Positions 61,181 through 64,000 of a stretch of 64,000 nucleotides of DNA are shown here, piece by piece (position 1 is the stretch's first letter; each line of letters starts with the position of its first letter). The notes under the pieces are model-generated. The model was not told the origin of the DNA. It made no database searches and saw only the letters and a program-made list of their open reading frames with translations. Location of the stretch: the NCBI GenBank assembly GCA_964016885.1, contig OZ024746.1, positions 43,834,001 to 43,898,000 on the forward strand, given 5' to 3'. Made by a program: the position numbers and the translations under genes. This stretch comes from Eledone cirrhosa. Taxonomy: Eukaryota.

Positions 61181-61799
61181 AATTATTTCATTAAAAAGTT
61201 ATTTCATTATAAATTCCTTGATATAATTTTATTCTTCTTTTCTTGTTTGAAAGGGAATGTCATTGCATTCAGAAACAAATATAAATTTAACAAAAAAGAA
61301 AAATAATTCTCTTAATTAAAAAAAACAAAAACATTAACAATATATAAAGTTTTATTCATTCAGAAGCAAAAGTCTGAGCATTGTACATAATAGACAATAT
61401 TAAAAATGTGAGTCTGAAGAACAAAGTATGTTACTAGTATTGACAAGCCTTTAGAAATAAGTTCCTTCACATTTTACAACTCATTGATTTTCATGGAACG
61501 TATCATTTGCTTATGTAGGAATACCTTTGTTATTCCAAGAGAAAACTAACTAAATATAGCAGTTAGCAATTGTGTGACACACTTTTGCTGACGTTTGAAG
61601 AGATGCACATTCAGTCATGAAATAAATTAATCACTGTGCATATCAACAAAATAATTTTTTTTTTGTTTTTTTTTTTCTCATCATTCATTTCACTAGCCAT
61701 GTATAAATTCAAAATATAAAAGAGGGGCATAAAAGAAAAAAATTATGAAACCTTATTTATAAAGAAGAGAATAAAAAGTTTTTAGGAATGGAATGAAGT

Positions 61800-62960
61800 A
61801 TTTCACTATTGAGAATGTGCTAATCGGACTAGTGAGGCCATCGAGAAGGATTATAGTAAAAAAAAACTATCATCCTTTTCATGATGGCCTGTAAATTGAG
61901 CACTTTATTTTATTTGAAATATTTTTATATTGGTAGGTATTTTTAATAGAAACCGGTTTGTTGATTACTCAACAGCATCTTTTTAATATATTATCTTTAC
62001 ACATTTTGAGTCTGGAAGAGTTGCAATTTTAACATCAAAATGATTCCAGACAACTGGTTTGTTAGATTTTGTTATGGCATCACTATTACATTTGAATGTA
62101 CCCTAGAATACCTCGTCGGATATTTGTGAATATTCTTTGTAAATTTTTCTTGAACACATTTTGGTGTAGAGTTGTGATAAGCTTTAGACATTAGTCTCAA
62201 GTGAACAGTCAAATCTATTTCATAAATGTTTAGTATTTTATTATCAAGCATTAAAGGCTGAGAATGGAAGCCCCAAGGAGCTTTTGATATAATCCTGACT
62301 GCACGTTTTTTTAAATTATGAAGTTTACTTAATTTTGTCTTCTTGACACTACCCCAAGCTAAGTTACCTGTATATTAAATATGGATCAACAATAGAAAAA
62401 AAAAAAAAAATCACATGTTCACCGTTTTATTGTCCAAAAACTTACATCCCTTACAGATTATTCTAATTTGTGTCAGTAATTTGAATTCTATAGCTTGAAT
62501 GTACAATTGCCAATTGAAATTTTCGTCAAAAATGATTCCCAGAAACTTTGTATAGCTGGACCTTTTGACTTCTTGAGCCCAAATGAAGTTTTGGAGGGCT
62601 ATAAAGGCAGATCATCATGATTAACTGATGAACAGAATAGAATGTACTTAGTTTTATTTACGTTCAGAGAAAGCTTATTTGCAATGATAATTTATGATTA
62701 TTTATGAGTGATAATTGGTTGTTTATTTCTTTGCATAATGTGCAGTAATCTTTATCAGCTAAGAAAATATTTGTATCATTGTTAAACATGATAACATTCA
62801 GAAGTGCATGGTGCATATCATTAACATATATAAGGAAAAGGAAGGGATTTAAAATTGAACCTTGAGGAACACTGAAGATATTGGTTTCTACTCAGATTCA
62901 ATGTCATCAGTTTGCACAACTGGTATCCATTGCCTAAGTAATTCTAGAAAATAGTTGTTT
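61800..62960 (-). mobile_element. Decayed CR1/L2-group LINE RT remnant
   Basis: Manual translation: VPQGSILNPFLFLIYVNDM, ANKLSLNVNKTKYILF, KFLGIIFDENFNW. Confidence 0.75.
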
Positions 62961-64000
62961 TGTTATCAATCTTTCTATATTTATTTTTATTTAATTGTAT
63001 TGTATCATATTATAAATAATATTAATACATGTGAAGTATAATATAGAAAGCGTGATACTTATATTTTCCTATATCGTTGTAAGTCAACTTATCAGGAAAA
63101 ATATATTTTCAAACCAGGATTCTTATGAAGTTATAAACTTTCTTTTCCATTTATTATTATTTTTTTTACATGTCTAACATATAATTGACTAACTACTTGT
63201 GTCCCTTCTTATTGCTTTTTAATCATATGTCTGTTAATGTATGGATGTACAGAAGTACAACCTTTTGATATACTGTTTTTAATATACCGCTTCTGCTTTG
63301 CTTTTACTTTTCATTGCGCTTGTAACTTGTAATGTATTGATTGGTATGGTATGAACCTCATCCATTGTATGGACTTATCTCATGTATGTAATACACTTGA
63401 AACTTCAAATAATATCTAAACTCCTGAAGATATGCAAAGCAATGGACAATTACTTTGTTTGTATCATGGTATGGGCTGCCGCTCTACATTGAAACATATG
63501 TAGAATAAAGATGTTTTAAGTATAACTTGGTTCTTCCTTCTATGAATATATATATACTTAAGTATAAATCAAGATGTTTTACCTAAAATGTACTCCCTAA
63601 TTAACAACATGAGATATAATCAATTGTAATAGTTACCAGTTTCATTTCATGTTTCTGTCAATGTATGGGTAATAATCAGAGAGTGCATCTATTAACAAAA
63701 AAAAAAGGAACTGCCTCCAAAATGTCTCGTCCAACTCATACCAGCATGCACAAGCATATGTAAAGACAATAGTGATGGAAAGTAATTTAGATTTTAAGAT
63801 TAGTACCTGCCAACCAAACATTCTCTATATCTGATTAAAGTCAAACATACAAGAGAAAATGATTCATTCTTTTCAACAACATCAATATCAAATATTGAAT
63901 CAAGATTAAATTTTGACCTGAAACTAATCTAAGTTTTTTCTAATCACATTGCCAATTAAATATAATATTTTCAACAATATTTCTTATACGTGCAGTATTT

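Overview
AT-rich animal genomic DNA. The SINE, MITE and RTE families resemble, from memory, those of octopod cephalopods; this taxon call is inference. No host protein-coding gene is recognisable, and the window reads as intergenic DNA or a long intron, with a few candidate minus-strand mini-exons and one candidate recursive splice site. It is dominated by retroelements. (1) Several RTE-clade LINE subfamilies, including a near full-length decayed copy at 1764-4800, whose RT carries an inserted C4HC3 PHD-like finger. (2) Two tRNA-derived SINE families, one sharing its 3' modules with the RTE LINEs. (3) A 13.5-kb block (11625-25110) holding about 9.6 kb of interrupted (TA)n arrays, in which sit a Naiad-like Penelope GIY-YIG fragment with a hammerhead core, an inverted putative 5'-leader fragment, and an uninterrupted 617-aa R4/Dong-type RT-RLE ORF. 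(4) Penelope-type hammerhead-bearing termini, one forming a palindrome with 236-bp arms. (5) MITEs and old CR1, Gypsy, Rex3 and BovB-like remnants. The giant Y/I-rich ORFs in the track are microsatellite artefacts. All family assignments rest on motif recognition; no database search was run.
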